A DNA stretch of 64,000 bases from Callorhinchus milii. Its lineage: Eukaryota. Location: assembly GCF_018977255.1 (NCBI RefSeq), contig NW_024704743.1, forward strand, positions 3,598,001-3,662,000, given 5' to 3'. Each line of letters starts with the position of its first letter. Position 1 is the first letter of the stretch. A program made the position numbers and the translations under genes. The notes beneath the pieces are model-generated. The model saw only the letters and a list, made by a program, of their open reading frames with translations, made no database searches and had not been told where the DNA came from. Below are positions 11,599 to 23,613 of the stretch, piece after piece.

Positions 11599-12889
11599 TA
11601 ATGATGGGTTTCTGCATATAAAATCAAGGACATTGTTTTACGTTATCAGCTTTTTCGAGAAGAAATCTGTATTTTTTTTAAAAAAACATACTGCTGGAAC
11701 TAAATGCTAAAGAAGAGGGGGGAAAAAATAATTTTGCTCTGAAATAATGGACTGGATGAGAATCGATAGTTCAGTTCTGACCCTTTAAGAGCAGATCCCA
11801 TGAGATTTTATTTCTTGCGGAACGAGTAATAAACTTGTTTTGTGAGGTTAATGCAGGAACACACAATAGGAAGGTGTATTACCTTGTGGGAATGCTTTGT
11901 CATATTCGATCCAATCTTTGGAATATTAGATTGTGGAGCATTTGTGCTGGAAACGAGGACAGGGGGATGAATGGGACAAAGCCTGCTGCACCTCTCTTTG
12001 GGATATAGAAATTGGCTGCGGTTTAAGCCCAGACTTTTTATCCTTAGAGTTTGGAGAGTCAGCTGCAAATGAAACTTGAAGCCTCCAACAGGGAATTCTG
12101 CAGTATCAGAGCGATTACGCCTGAAATCCTGAACAGCCCGGCCAAAAAAAATGCCTGGAATGACTGTCAAGAACACCGAGTGTTTTGTGGGGGGAATAAT
12201 GTGGATATTTCACCAGGAGTGTCGCTTGGATCATCTGTTGAGGATGTCTGGAGCAGCTGTCTGAAAAACCCTTGGTGAGAGTTGGTGCCAAGTGATGCCC
12301 ATAGCTCAATAACGTCATGAGATCCTAGACCCAGAGGTTTCATCAGGTGAAGCATTCGCAAAATATTGTAGCAAACTTTGGGGCCGGCAATGAAGGTAGT
12401 GAGGGCTAAGCTGCAGTATCAGACTAAAGGACCTTGCGCTCTGCCTGAAAGAGGGGAGGGAGGGGTTGGAGCCTGAGTGGTGTCAGAGCTGTGAGCTAAT
12501 CTGTCTCTCCTGGTCTGGGTCAAAGCAGGGCCAGGGAGAACAGGGGAAGCCTGAGACAGGTTTGGGACTGTTGCAAAGAAGGTTGAATACTGTTGAATGC
12601 GAGACCTGAGAGACCATATAGATTTGTACCTGGGTGGGAATCCTGAATAAGAGTGAAGCACAGAGGAGGTCCAGGCCAATGACCATTTAACCCAAGTGTT
12701 ACTCCTCTGGATATGTTAGAAATAGCGATTCTGTCTGCTGATGTCCACCCACCCCCATCCCCATATCGCCTACACAGTTGCTCCATTTTAGAGTATATCA
12801 CGTGAAGCACTTTAAGGTGGTTCTCCTATATCAAATGAAAGGATTATTCTCATTAATATCAAATTAATATTAATAATAATGTTCCTTTC

Positions 12890-13200
12890 GTTTCAAATCT
12901 CGAGGATGTTCTCCAAGTGCTTCTCGGGTGCGGTTTGTGGCAAAGGCAAACATTGTACAAAAGGCCAATTTGCAGCATCGCTTCTCGCTAACAGCCCTGA
13001 TGTGAATGACGCATTTTATTGGGGGATTGTTGGCCAGGACATCAGTAGAAACTCACCAGGAGAAGTGTCATGGAAACTTCAACATCCACCTGAAAGGCAG
13101 AAGGGATCATGGTTTAACATCTCGTCTGAAGGATGGAACTTCCAACAATATGGCACACCAACAGCAATGTGTTGGAAGCCAAGCCTGGAAAATATGAGTT
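12890..13200 (-). mobile_element. Older DeuSINE copy
   Basis: ttggccaggacatcag...aacatccacctgaaaggcag...ggtttaacatctcgtctgaaggatgg (reverse complement of the Deu domain). Confidence 0.75.
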
Positions 13201-14481
13201 CCAAGACCAGGCTATGTTACTGGTGTAAATCGATATTTATGGGCAAAAAGAATTGGCTTCATATCTTCTGCCCAAATGTTTCCCCTACTTAAAAAACATT
13301 TGACAAGTTGTTATGATAATTTCTGTCTCGGCACATTTCAATGCTCCCACCTATCTATAGTCAAAGGCAGGGTTCATAAGATATATTTTTCCACTGGCTT
13401 GATACAACGTGTTTTGTGATTCGGTTTGACTTTTGCAGCTATCATTTCGCAACTTCTTTAAAACAAAAGGTTAATTTGCCCGCACCCATGAAAGGCATTA
13501 ATTAAAACCTATTATCATTCTGTTAATGTGCTCATTGAATTAAATAATATTGTCTGTCTATGTGAAATGATTTCTGCTTTCAATTGTTTGCCCCAATCAA
13601 ACAGGCATTTAATTTGGAGACCTTGAATTAAGTAAGTCATAGTCTAGATGGCTTTGTTTAATTTGGATAAATTGCACTGATGCATTATAGCAACACACTA
13701 AATTACACCCAGATGATTGAGCAGCATTGATGTCCACTGATGTCAAGAAAATTTCAATGCATGACTGAGAAGAGAAAATAGTCTTGTTATCATTAAGTCC
13801 TTTAATTGCACATCAGAGCCTGAGGCATTCAAAATGCTCACTGTCCCAACTAAATTAACATTGGTTTAAATTAACAGTGCTGGATCGCTCAATAACATGC
13901 AATGGCTATTGTTGGTCAGACATGACATTTAAGATGCTGGTGGGAAACTACTTAACTCTTTGAGACTAACTTGCCCCCGGGAAGTACTTGGCTGTATTTT
14001 TACTAGTCATTAAAAGTTTGTGTACATGTTCTAAATATATAATTGGTTTGTCGTCTTTTCCAGCAAACCTTTAGAAGGCATCAATTGCTGATCAGCATTT
14101 GAGAGGGAAATACTAAAGCAATAATGACAATCAGGCCTAAACCTTCTCAACCATGTTTTAATCCGTGCTATGATGGTGCTCATTTATTCAAGTCCTCAGG
14201 CAAATAATCAGGCCCACTTCAGCACTAATTTTCTTTCCGTTAGATAGTGTCGAGGAAGTTAAACAAATGCACCAACAGTCTCTAGTGCAATTAGCTAAAT
14301 CTTGCAAAATTGCAGTGTTGCATATAATAATAATTATTTCATTTCATATAGCACCTTATCACATATAGTAGTTACGTAATTTCTTTGTCTTGTTCAGCTT
14401 CAATAGGTACATTCTTTTGGTTCAGGGACAAAACATGTAGGATTACCCAACAGAATTTTCAAGGTGGTGAGAACATGGAAT

Positions 14482-14605
14482 ACAACAACAACAACAAGAT
14501 TACATTTGCCTTTCATGTTTGGAGGTCGTCCCAAGGCGCTGGACAATCAGTGTTTTAGACCCGAGCTGGGGGTTGGGATTGGGGAGGGTGGAGGACAGGG
14601 TGGAT
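14482..14605 (-). mobile_element. L2 3' end
   Basis: (caa)n...cctttcatgtttggaggtcgtcccaaggcgctggac. Confidence 0.8.
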
Positions 14606-14924
14606 AATTTTCAGCGGCAATAATCATCACCGATGCTAATTATTACATTCACAAACAGTGCAATATAAGTCTGCCTTCAGCTATTTATCAACAGTGTATT
14701 TGGGAATGAACATCCACTCCTCTTCACCGAATTTATCACAAAAAACACTGATCTTTTCCAACAGGGCAACAAAAATGTTGTCTTTATGCCAGCCACGATT
14801 GCTGGCTTTTTTGTCTTGTTGTACATAATGTTAGTGAAGCACAATCATAATGTGAATCCTCTTGTGAATTGCTGCTTTTACAACCTCAATGTCTAGAGAT
14901 ATAGTTTTACGGTGGGGGGTGGGG

Positions 14925-15480
14925 TGGGTCTAACACATGTGGAAACCCATCACCGTGCTTAAAGAGTATCTAAACCAGATTTTAGAGTTCCACATACATA
15001 TGCCACCTTACAGATGGAAATTTCCCTGTGTCTGGAATGGAATCCACACTCTTTACCTAATTTCAGAGTGCATTACAACAACGACGACTTGCATTTCTCT
15101 AGCGCCCTTCACGTGGGGTAGGGTCCCGGAACGCTTAAGGCAAAAGGTTGTCAAGCTTCACAACCTCAGAGTGTGCGTCGGGGTAACTGCTGGAGTCTAA
15201 CCGGCTAAAACCACACAACTCACCATTGAGAACACTTTCTGGCAAGCTTCCCGCTGCTTGTCCAAGCGAGGGCCACCTTACCCATTGGGGCTTTGGCTTG
15301 CAAGGTTAGCAGCAGCTGAGAGAGAAGGATCCTTGCCTCCAGTGACTGGTCTGCCGCTCTAAATGCTGCCAATGAGCCAGACTGGCGAGTCAATCATCAG
15401 CGGTGCCCAGGGGTACTGTGCACCCGTCTGGCTCAGGATTGCCCAGACCAACACAGAAGGTTGACTTGATTGCAACGTAC
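14925..15480 (+). repeat. Unclassified dispersed repeat (family X), longest copy, with an L2 tail inserted at ~15075-15135
   Basis: Collinear with the copy at 24767-25190 across catcaccgtgcttaa, ccggctaaaacc, gcaagcttcccgctgcttg, ccagtgactggtctgcc and ctggctcagga. Confidence 0.8.
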
Positions 15481-16299
15481 CATCGTCAAGCACGTCACCT
15501 TGGAGTCAGACCAGCTTGGCCCCCACCTACCGCCTCCCGCCCCCCCCCAACCCCACCCCCCGCCCCCCCTACCCCCAATAGTTATCTCAGAGCCAGTGGA
15601 ATTATCGATACAATCCTTATAAACTTGATGATAAAATACAGCTTTCAGCCATCCGAGATGTGATCAACCTAATAGAGCGTGACCAAATCTTAACAACAAG
15701 AAGTGTCAGCGTTGATCGAATGATAGGGTAAAATGTCAGCATTAATTTTCCATCTCTGCAATGCAGACTAACATGTGAAAACAGCGACACTCAGCCAGCT
15801 TCTTGTCTACATTTTATTCTTGTTTTTTCGCTCGTCAGGCCTGCATTTAACTTTATTTGAAGGCTCCATTCATTCCGAGTCTCACCGATTACCACGCAGG
15901 GAGAAGGCGAGCTCCCTGTTACCTGCTATCCAGCTCAGCGCTCGGGCTTGTTAAACGTTAAGAGTCGCGGCTCGTGAGGCGTGAGCCGGGACAATTGAAG
16001 AGTGCGGAAATATTTGCGGGTGGTGCGGGAAGCGGGGCAAGGGAGACCAAGGAGAAAATGGGGTAGAGGACAGGGGATGATGAGTTAAAGAGGTGTTAAT
16101 GATGCAGAAGAAAAAGAATGTGGCTGTGAAAATGCAAAGAAATCACACCCGTCAGATTGTTGAAAATAAAACCATTAATTTGGTCTTGAACAAAAATTGG
16201 GCGGCCCATTCGGGAGGTCGGGTGGGATTGATTGGTCCTGACTGAGGAGCTCTAGCAAGTCACTGTCTCCTGCCTCCCAGGGCTGCCCCTGCGCAGAGA

Positions 16300-16373
16300 C
16301 GCACACCCACACACACACCCACACACACAGACTTACACTCACAGACACACTCACAGAAAGAGTGAGAGGGAGA

Positions 16374-16412
<39 letters not shown>

Positions 16413-16490
16413 AGACACACTCATAGACACAGGTAGAGAGAGACGCCCACTCACAGACACACAGAGAGAGATAGAGAGAGAGAGAAAGAC
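16300..16490. repeat. Compound (CA)n/(GA)n microsatellite
   Basis: Pure (CA)n at ~16375-16408 within a degenerate CA/GA tract. Confidence 0.95.
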
Positions 16491-16899
16491 ACCGGGAGAA
16501 ATTCCCTTCTCATTTCAAGGTGCGTCGTGGGATTCCCAGCAGTTTGGGCAGGCGGTTTTCTGCTTCGAGACACTTCACGCGATAGCTGCCCTCACTACAA
16601 GAAAAGGGCGAAACAGCAGAGAGAGCGCAAAGATCACAAACTTTCAGGTCGTGTTACACTCGTGTGATCTGCGATGCCATTTTTCTCCACCGACGTATTT
16701 CTCCTCGAGCCTTGCCTGTCTGAAAACAATCAATAAAATGTTACAATGCCAAAGTAATTGCAAGAATTAATGGTTGGTAACAAATGGTTTGAAAAACTCT
16801 CATTCAAGTGTCTTTTTGTGCCCCTTGATAAATTGTTCATCTGAAGCAGCAGCGAGACTATAACTAATGGGACTCAGAGAACTGAGCATATATTCGCCG

Positions 16900-17420
16900 A
16901 TACAGGCCTTTAAAATGCCGATGGATAAAATAGATGGCAGCAAGTTACCTGACTTGGAAGTTTGTAGCTAAAACTAAGGGATAAAAGTACAACATTTTAC
17001 AAGAAGGGAAGCATAGACTTTCCCCCAGCACCGAATAAGTGGGACCGAATCTTAGATGAAGCAATTAATACTGAGTTGATGAGCACCATTAGTAAAGAAC
17101 TGGATAAATGGGGAAAGGGATTGAGGGTTGTAGGGATATTAATAGATGGAGAGCCATATATTTGATGCAGATGATGACCCATTCTACGGGGACAAGTAGG
17201 AAGCAGCTGTAACGATATTTGAATAATGCTCCGATTAGTGAGGCTACTGGAGCGGAAGAGGTCATAGCTTGTATTTGTTCAAGTAAACAACTACATTGTA
17301 CCAGTTCGCAGATAAAACTCTGAAGTTTTTCTGAAGCAGAAGTGAAGAACCGTCTAAGTTGCTGGGTACGTGATATGGCTTCCACTCAACAGAGGATCGA
17401 TCATCTATTGATCTCTCCGG
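16900..17420 (+). pseudogene. Highly decayed non-LTR reverse transcriptase, apparently not L2 or CR1
   Basis: Across frameshifts: GSI..P, ISKELDKWGKGLRVVGILIDG, (F)DADD, GTSRKQL*RYLN, SKLLG; order fits the QG-YADD-YKYLG motifs. Confidence 0.45.
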
Positions 17421-17754
17421 CAGCGCCTTATTTCCTCTGCATGGAGTTTCCGACATTTTGGGGACAGCTTGGAGAATAGAATAATAAATGAGAATGCAGC
17501 TCATAGCATATCAGGAGGACGTCTCAAAGCCTTTCACAGGATTAACTGTAAAGTGTAGTGACTGGGCACTTTTCTAGGTGAGTTCGACAGCCAATTTGCA
17601 CACAGCAAAATGCCACAAACAGCCTCAAAGTGAATGAGCAATATTATCTGGACGAAAAAACTGGAAAAAAAAGGTAAACCCTGGCACTCGCCAACCCTGC
17701 GCCAATATTTTCTGGAATTAGGTAAGTGGGAGGGGGATGGGGGGGGGTGCATTG

Positions 17755-17870
17755 CTCTGAGGAGAGAGTGCAAACTTCATTCCGTTATACAAATTCCCTT
17801 GCGTAGGTGGCATACCTACGTGGAACTCTCAGTCGGGTTTGGATACTCTTAAGCATGTGCCAGACACTCC
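17755..17870 (-). repeat. Family X, 5' fragment
   Basis: Reverse complement gtgtctggcacatgcttaagagtatccaaacc...gagttccacgtaggtatgccacc matches 14955-15010. Confidence 0.75.
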
Positions 17871-17964
17871 TTTGAGACGTCTCGAAGACGTGCTAAGGTG
17901 CCATATCAAATGCAAGGATTATTATAATTATTATTATTATTAGCTCCACTATAGATCTCTCTAC
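17871..17964 (+). mobile_element. SINE tail plus a 24-bp flank shared (inverted) with 21966-22056
   Basis: Direct sequence comparison. Confidence 0.85.
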
Positions 17965-18495
17965 ATTTCTTCAATCCAGTTGCTGTGTTGTTAAATTACT
18001 CTTTATTAAATTGGGAATTTTTTGAAGTTTGCTTTGACGCAGACTGACCAGAAAATTTCCAATTCAATGAAAAATCCTATTGGAAATGTCCAGAATTCAA
18101 TGCAGAACAACCATTGTATCTAGAATAACAATAACTCACACTCCATACACTGCCAGTGCCGTAAAAGAAACTTTGTGAAGCGCTTTACATGATGTAATTA
18201 CTATAATTAGAAATGAAGTGAATGCTGTTATGGAGACTAAACAACTAATTTGTGCCAACAACGTCCTACAAATAACAACGAGTAGTCCAATTAAACAGAA
18301 TTTGTGGATGATTTGGATAAGGAGGGAATACAAACTAAGTTATTGTGATAAAAATTCATTCACCTCCACCTGAATCACGAGGAAAATAAGACCTAAATTA
18401 ATTAATACCTAAATGTTAAAAGAGATGCTGATCTGGAAATAGATGAACAATAAAGTTGCATTTAATATAAGAGTTGTCATGCAGTTTGGAGATGG

Positions 18496-18875
18496 CAGCC
18501 CGTCTCAGTTGGCAGCGTTCCAGCTTCTTTAGAAGGTTTAGAAGGTTGTGAGTTCAAGTCTCTTGTGGGGAAGTTGAGTTCATAGCCTGGGCTGACACAC
18601 CAAAGTAGTGCTGAGGGAGTGGTGATTCTGTAGTTTGGATGAATTATTAAACCGAGGACCCATCGGGTGGTTGTTAAAGATCCCATGGCACCATTTAAAA
18701 AGAGAAGGGAGTTTCTCCGAGCATCCTGACCATTAACATTAATCATTTCGCCCACAAAATATACACTCTCTACTCTTTACGGTATATTCTGTGAAGGGCT
18801 TTGAGACGTCTCAAAGATGCGATAAAGCGCTACATCAAATGCAAGGATTATAATTATTATTATTATTATTATTAT
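18496..18875 (+). mobile_element. Older DeuSINE (head and Deu domain) ending in a SINE tail
   Basis: ctcagttggcagc...agaaggttgtgagttcaagtc; ttaaaccgaggaccc...ttaaagatcccatggcaccattt; (tta)n tail. Confidence 0.85.
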
Positions 18876-19035
18876 TTGCTTCATGGCTGTTTGTGGGACA
18901 TTGCTGTACACAAACTGGCTGCCGGATTAACCTACAAATGGATTTTACAGAAAATGTGTGAAGCTCTTAGGGATGGCTTTGTGCTACATCAGACGCACGG
19001 GTTATTTACTTGTTTGCTAACATTGCAAGGATTAT

Positions 19036-19225
19036 TACAACAACAACAACAAGATTGCATTTATAGAGCGCCTTTCACGTTGGGAGGACGTCCCAAGGCG
19101 CTGGACAGTTGGTTCGGGACCCGAGCGGGGTGGGGGGGGGGAATGGTCAGGTTGAGGGGAGGGAAGGGAGGGAGCGAGGAGGGGGTAGAGAGTCGAGAGG
19201 GGAGGTGAAGGCACGGTCGAAGAGA
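19036..19225 (-). mobile_element. Young L2 3' end
   Basis: Near reverse-complement of 24185-24364. Confidence 0.9.
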
Positions 19226-20039
19226 AACCGGTGGAAGAGATTATTAGTGTCCATAAGGATTATTCAACGGTGAGGACCAGAGAGGGAAGATAATGGAGAA
19301 GATCTGTAAAAAGCCAAAGAACCTCAGTCAAGGTCAGAGTTTAAAACAAGGTTTTCATACATGGAGATGCGATCAGCCATCAGGATTGAATTGACTGCAG
19401 CCTTCCCTACACTGATCAGCCTACCAAAATATCAAATGCAAAGTACTGGAAATTTTATACAACAATATGTACTGTTTACCGGGAGCCTTCAATTTTTAAT
19501 GAATAAGTTCAACAGTATACAGCAGCATGAAGAATAATGATTCCATGCTTCATTTGTTACAATTATTACCAGTGCTTATTTTGTATAATGATCTACAAAT
19601 TACTGTTCTGTGTTTAGTGGGAAGAAAAATACTTTTGGACCTCATTGCCTATGGCCCTGTCTTATGTGTCACGCACCATTTCTTCAAGGTCACATTGTTT
19701 TGCTGCCTGTCATGTTAGCTGATTGACAAATCATTGATCATTGCGAGATAGAATGAAATATGAAATGTCTCCGGAGCAGATTATGAAAGGGTTTTGAATG
19801 GAATACCTCGAACTAATGAGCCATTATGAAAGGCATGATTTACCACACTTGTGCTCAGTCTCCCAAAAAGTATTTTGCAATGAGCAAATTAGCTTACGAT
19901 AATTATTATTGCTGCAACCACAGCCGGCTTGAATTTAGTCACTTCGTGAAGTATCTTTTCCTCATAAGAATTCCACTGAAGAAAGTTAGCCCCCATCCAG
20001 CACTTGATGACTTGACGGGCAATCGGTCAAAAGAACAGT

Positions 20040-20185
20040 GATCCTTGAATCGAGGGTGGAAGGAGATGGTTGCACGGACGTGAATCCATGTCTGTAGATG
20101 ATGCTGAGCGGGAGACTGTATGTGGTGAAGAGAAGACTGAGGATAGAGCCCTGAGGAACACCGCACGGAGGCGGAAGGACAAACT
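20040..20185 (-). mobile_element. L2 RT fragment
   Basis: Reverse complement translates to GVPQGSILSLLFTTYSLPLSII. Confidence 0.75.
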
Positions 20186-20198
20186 GTTAGAAGAGCGT

Positions 20199-20524
20199 GG
20201 AGTCCTGTAGCTCAGCGGTTAGAGCGCTCGCTTTGCCAGCGAGACGCCTGGGTTCAATTCCAGGCAGAGGGCGAAACCTTGGGCAAGTTTCCTTACTCCA
20301 CACAGAGCCTAATAATAATCCCTCCAAAAAAAAACAATAATAAATTGGTCATTTTCAATCCACGGCTGTTTGTGGGACATTGCTGTGCGCAATTGGCTGC
20401 CGGGTTTCGCCCGCAAGTATAGGAGTCAATTCACTTTACAGCGTATTCTGTGAAGCGCTTTGCGATGGCGAGAAGATGTGAAAGCGCTATATCAAATGCA
20501 AGGATTATTATTATTATTATTATT
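20199..20524 (+). mobile_element. Young SINE, short subfamily, full length
   Basis: Complete head, cacacagagcc junction, (tta)n tail. Confidence 0.95.
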
Positions 20525-21965
20525 GCTGAAAGAGCGCAGATTCTCAGATGTTTGAGCTCTGTCTTTTGAAAGCACTCCTGCACATATTGCGAGAGAGTAA
20601 TTTCATGATAACACCATTTCCGTCAGTTCAGAGAAAGCTGTTAATAAAGAAACATCCTGTACAATTTTTTTTTATCATCTTACCCTTTGCCATTATCCAC
20701 GTTGAGGACTCTATGGTCTTCAAAGTTATATAATAGAAGCTAGCAGATGCTGTTTGACCAGCTTCAAAAGACACAGAGGAAACAGTTTTCTGCAATAAAA
20801 GGGAGAATTAGATGAGTTTCTACCAAGGCCTAGTGCAGCAAATAATAATAAAATTGAGGTACATATCTAGCTATCGATGTGCTGAAGCTTGGAGAATGGG
20901 GATTGAGATTCTACAGTAGTGTATCTTTCCGTTAACAGGGTCTTTGCAGGCGTTTGAAATCATCGCTCATTGAATCGCAGAACGGATTTCCAACGCTCAA
21001 GTATTTTTTTCTGTATAAACTTTGATAATGTTACTCTCCCTCTGATAACAAATACGAAATGTGATTTTCTGTTCACTAACTCGGGGAGACTGAACCTATT
21101 TACCTCTACTTAACTATTGCACCAGGTTTGGGAGTTTGTCTGCTTATTCATTCCAGGAAAATAATAGTGATAAGCTTTATATTTGCTCTAGCGCCTTTCG
21201 TGCACTGCAAAGTGGAGTGACTGTGTCTTGCGGGTGAAAGCATGGAAGATGCGATTCTTAACAGATTCGATGTTCATAATTCTTTGATCAGATACGTTGT
21301 TGAGCCTCACAATTTCAGTTGATAACCAAAGACCGCTCACAGTCTCCCCCACCTCTGATTTTGTTTGGACCTGAAACCATCAGAAGATTTCCTCGCGGAC
21401 ATTTTTGTTGCTCGGAATGAGAGTTACCGGCTATCACTTAGTGTGGCGAGGCGGTGGGTGTGTGGGGTGGGGGAGAGAAGAGAACCACACAGCCAGCCAG
21501 ATATCCTCAGAGTGTGCCAACATCTTTTGTGCAGCTTGCAAACTAGCGTCCGAAATTAATAAATGAGGAGACAGTAAGAAATTATAAAAGTTATTACTGG
21601 TTGTTGTGATAGATGTCCTGAAACAGACAAAAGGACAGGCAACTGTTTTTTTTTATAGATAAGGGAAACCTGTAAAGAAGCCAGATTATTAATCATGTGA
21701 AATTTCTATTACCAAGGTATTGACTGCAAAACCTGGGAGTGCATGTTTCCAGAGGTGGTGCAGTATTTCTTCCTTACTCAATTTACTATACAGCTAACAC
21801 CGTCCGAGAGAATGGTCTTATATTTACTAATAACTCGTACGCGATAAATAATACAAAAGTAGAGGGAACATCTTCGTCCGAGTGATTATAAGGCGGTATT
21901 GTTAGAACTGAGATGCTCGCGAGGACGTACGAAAAGGGCGGTGGTGGGAAAAAAAAGACCGTAAA

Positions 21966-22135
21966 GTGGAGAGATCTATAGTAGAGCTAATAATAATGAT
22001 TATAATAATCCTTGCATTTGATATCGCACGTTAAAGCGTCGTAGAGACGTCTCAAAGCGCTTCACAGAATATACTGCAAAGTTAATTGGCTGTATATCTT
22101 GTGGGCGAAACACGGCAGCAAATTGCGCACAGCAG
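21966..22135 (-). mobile_element. SINE 3' part plus shared 24-bp flank
   Basis: Reverse complement of the Deu-like 3' region and tail; flank matches 17941-17964. Confidence 0.85.
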
Positions 22136-22169
22136 TTGAATACATTGAACGAGATACGTAAGATAGCAC

Positions 22170-22340
22170 ATTGAATGAAATAGGCTATTCAGCCACGTGA
22201 GCCCCAACCTTTCTATTCCTCTCACCTGTCCTCCTCTACTCCCTTCTCCTTTGGGTAGCATTACATTTTCTCTGAAATAAATTGAAATTATTTGCTTCAA
22301 CCACAGTTTCCTGCAATAAATTCCACATTCTCAACACAAC
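22170..22340 (-). mobile_element. Decayed CR1 3' end
   Basis: Peptide VLRMWNLLQETVVEAN and a CR1-like 3' UTR. Confidence 0.65.
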
Positions 22341-23274
22341 CTCTAGGCAAGTATCCCAAAAACCTGGTGAGGCTACAATCATAAGGCTCTGGATTAATTG
22401 GGAATTCATTGTGTGGGACCTGGTTAGCACGTAATGGCTGGTAACATTAATGTAGATTGTGAAATCTATGCCACAGATACACACTATAGGCACAAAGCCA
22501 CACGTTAACTGCCTGTGACAGGAAGAAAATTACATGTACCCAGTGAGCAAAATGAAGTTCTACATTAAAGCAGGCTTTCTATCTTGTCTGCAAAGTTGAC
22601 TGTACTCTGAATGTACTCTTTGCACTCATCCAGGCAATGGCACCTAATAAGAATACGTATAAAAGATGTAACAGTACAAAAACTGAGTTAATCCGAAAAT
22701 TGCTGTTTCATATTTGTAATAATGGTGTATTTTTGAGTACTTCATATAAAGCTTAAAATGTGACATTTAGACTGGCTAGACTCCAGCATATAGCATGTAA
22801 TGAGGTGTTAAACTGATCCATTTAGAAGAACAATTTACAGATTAATATTTGCTAGAGTGAGAATGGGACCATTAATCTGTTGCTCAAATGTGCATTGAGT
22901 ATATAGGATGTAAAACCATACACTTAAATGAAAATGACTCCTTATTATATGGACTGCATAATAGCAGCAATTGAAATGTGCTTCAAGAATTTCTCTTTTA
23001 TTTTGGCATTGCAGTTTTATTAAATGTAAGTTAGCTCATTAAACGTCGGAAGGAATGTTCCCCCCCCGCCCCCAAAAAAAGAATCAATTTGGTACAATTT
23101 TCCTTCTGTGAGAAGGCAGCAGCTGTATATAACATCTGGGACAATCTGGGAAACAGCACAAAGTGAGAAAAGACCAATCGACGCCAATTGCTTTCGAAGA
23201 TCACACGCAAAACAGGTGCTGACGTGCATTAATGGCAGATCTAGCGGAGCTTCCATCACTTACCATCACTTTGC

Positions 23275-23445
23275 GGCTGTTTGTGAGACACCGCTTCGGC
23301 GTTCACCCGCAAAATAAACAGTCAATCCACTTTATAGTATATCCTGTGAAGCCGTTGAGACGTCTCGATGGAATGATAAAGGACTACAGCAACTGCAAGG
23401 ATTGTTATTTATTAGTAATATTATTGTTATTATTGTTATTATTAT
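23275..23445 (+). mobile_element. SINE 3' part, diverged
   Basis: ggctgtttgtgagac...cctgtgaagccgttgagacgtctcg...tgcaaggatt(tta)n. Confidence 0.8.
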
Positions 23446-23613
23446 CATCGTCGGTGGCTATGTCGGTACAAACTCTAAATTATCCAGCGACCTCGTGACG
23501 TGAAAGATGCTATATATATATAACTATAAATTTGTTGTTGTTTAGCTGCTACACCTCTAATCTCAGGAACTCCCTTTAAATCAACAACAATAACAAATTG
23601 CATTTATAAAGCG

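Noticed and set aside
12045..12280. Possible exon after ttttatccttag
   Set aside because: An acceptor-like site exists, but there is no recognisable peptide and no partner exons
15145..15215. HDV-like ribozyme in family X (ggtt...ctgg/ccgg-ctaa-aacc)
   Set aside because: The 3' end resembles P4-J4/2-P2, but I could not build P1, P1.1 and L3 by eye; needs a descriptor search
15826..15838. Minus-strand CTGACGAGCGAAA hammerhead-like core
   Set aside because: No room for helix II and no helix I or III pairing; other CTGANGA hits (10180, 42468, 63617) lack a downstream GAAA
20185..20537. TSD around the SINE at 20199 (aagagcg on both sides)
   Set aside because: The match is offset from both junctions and imperfect; may be chance
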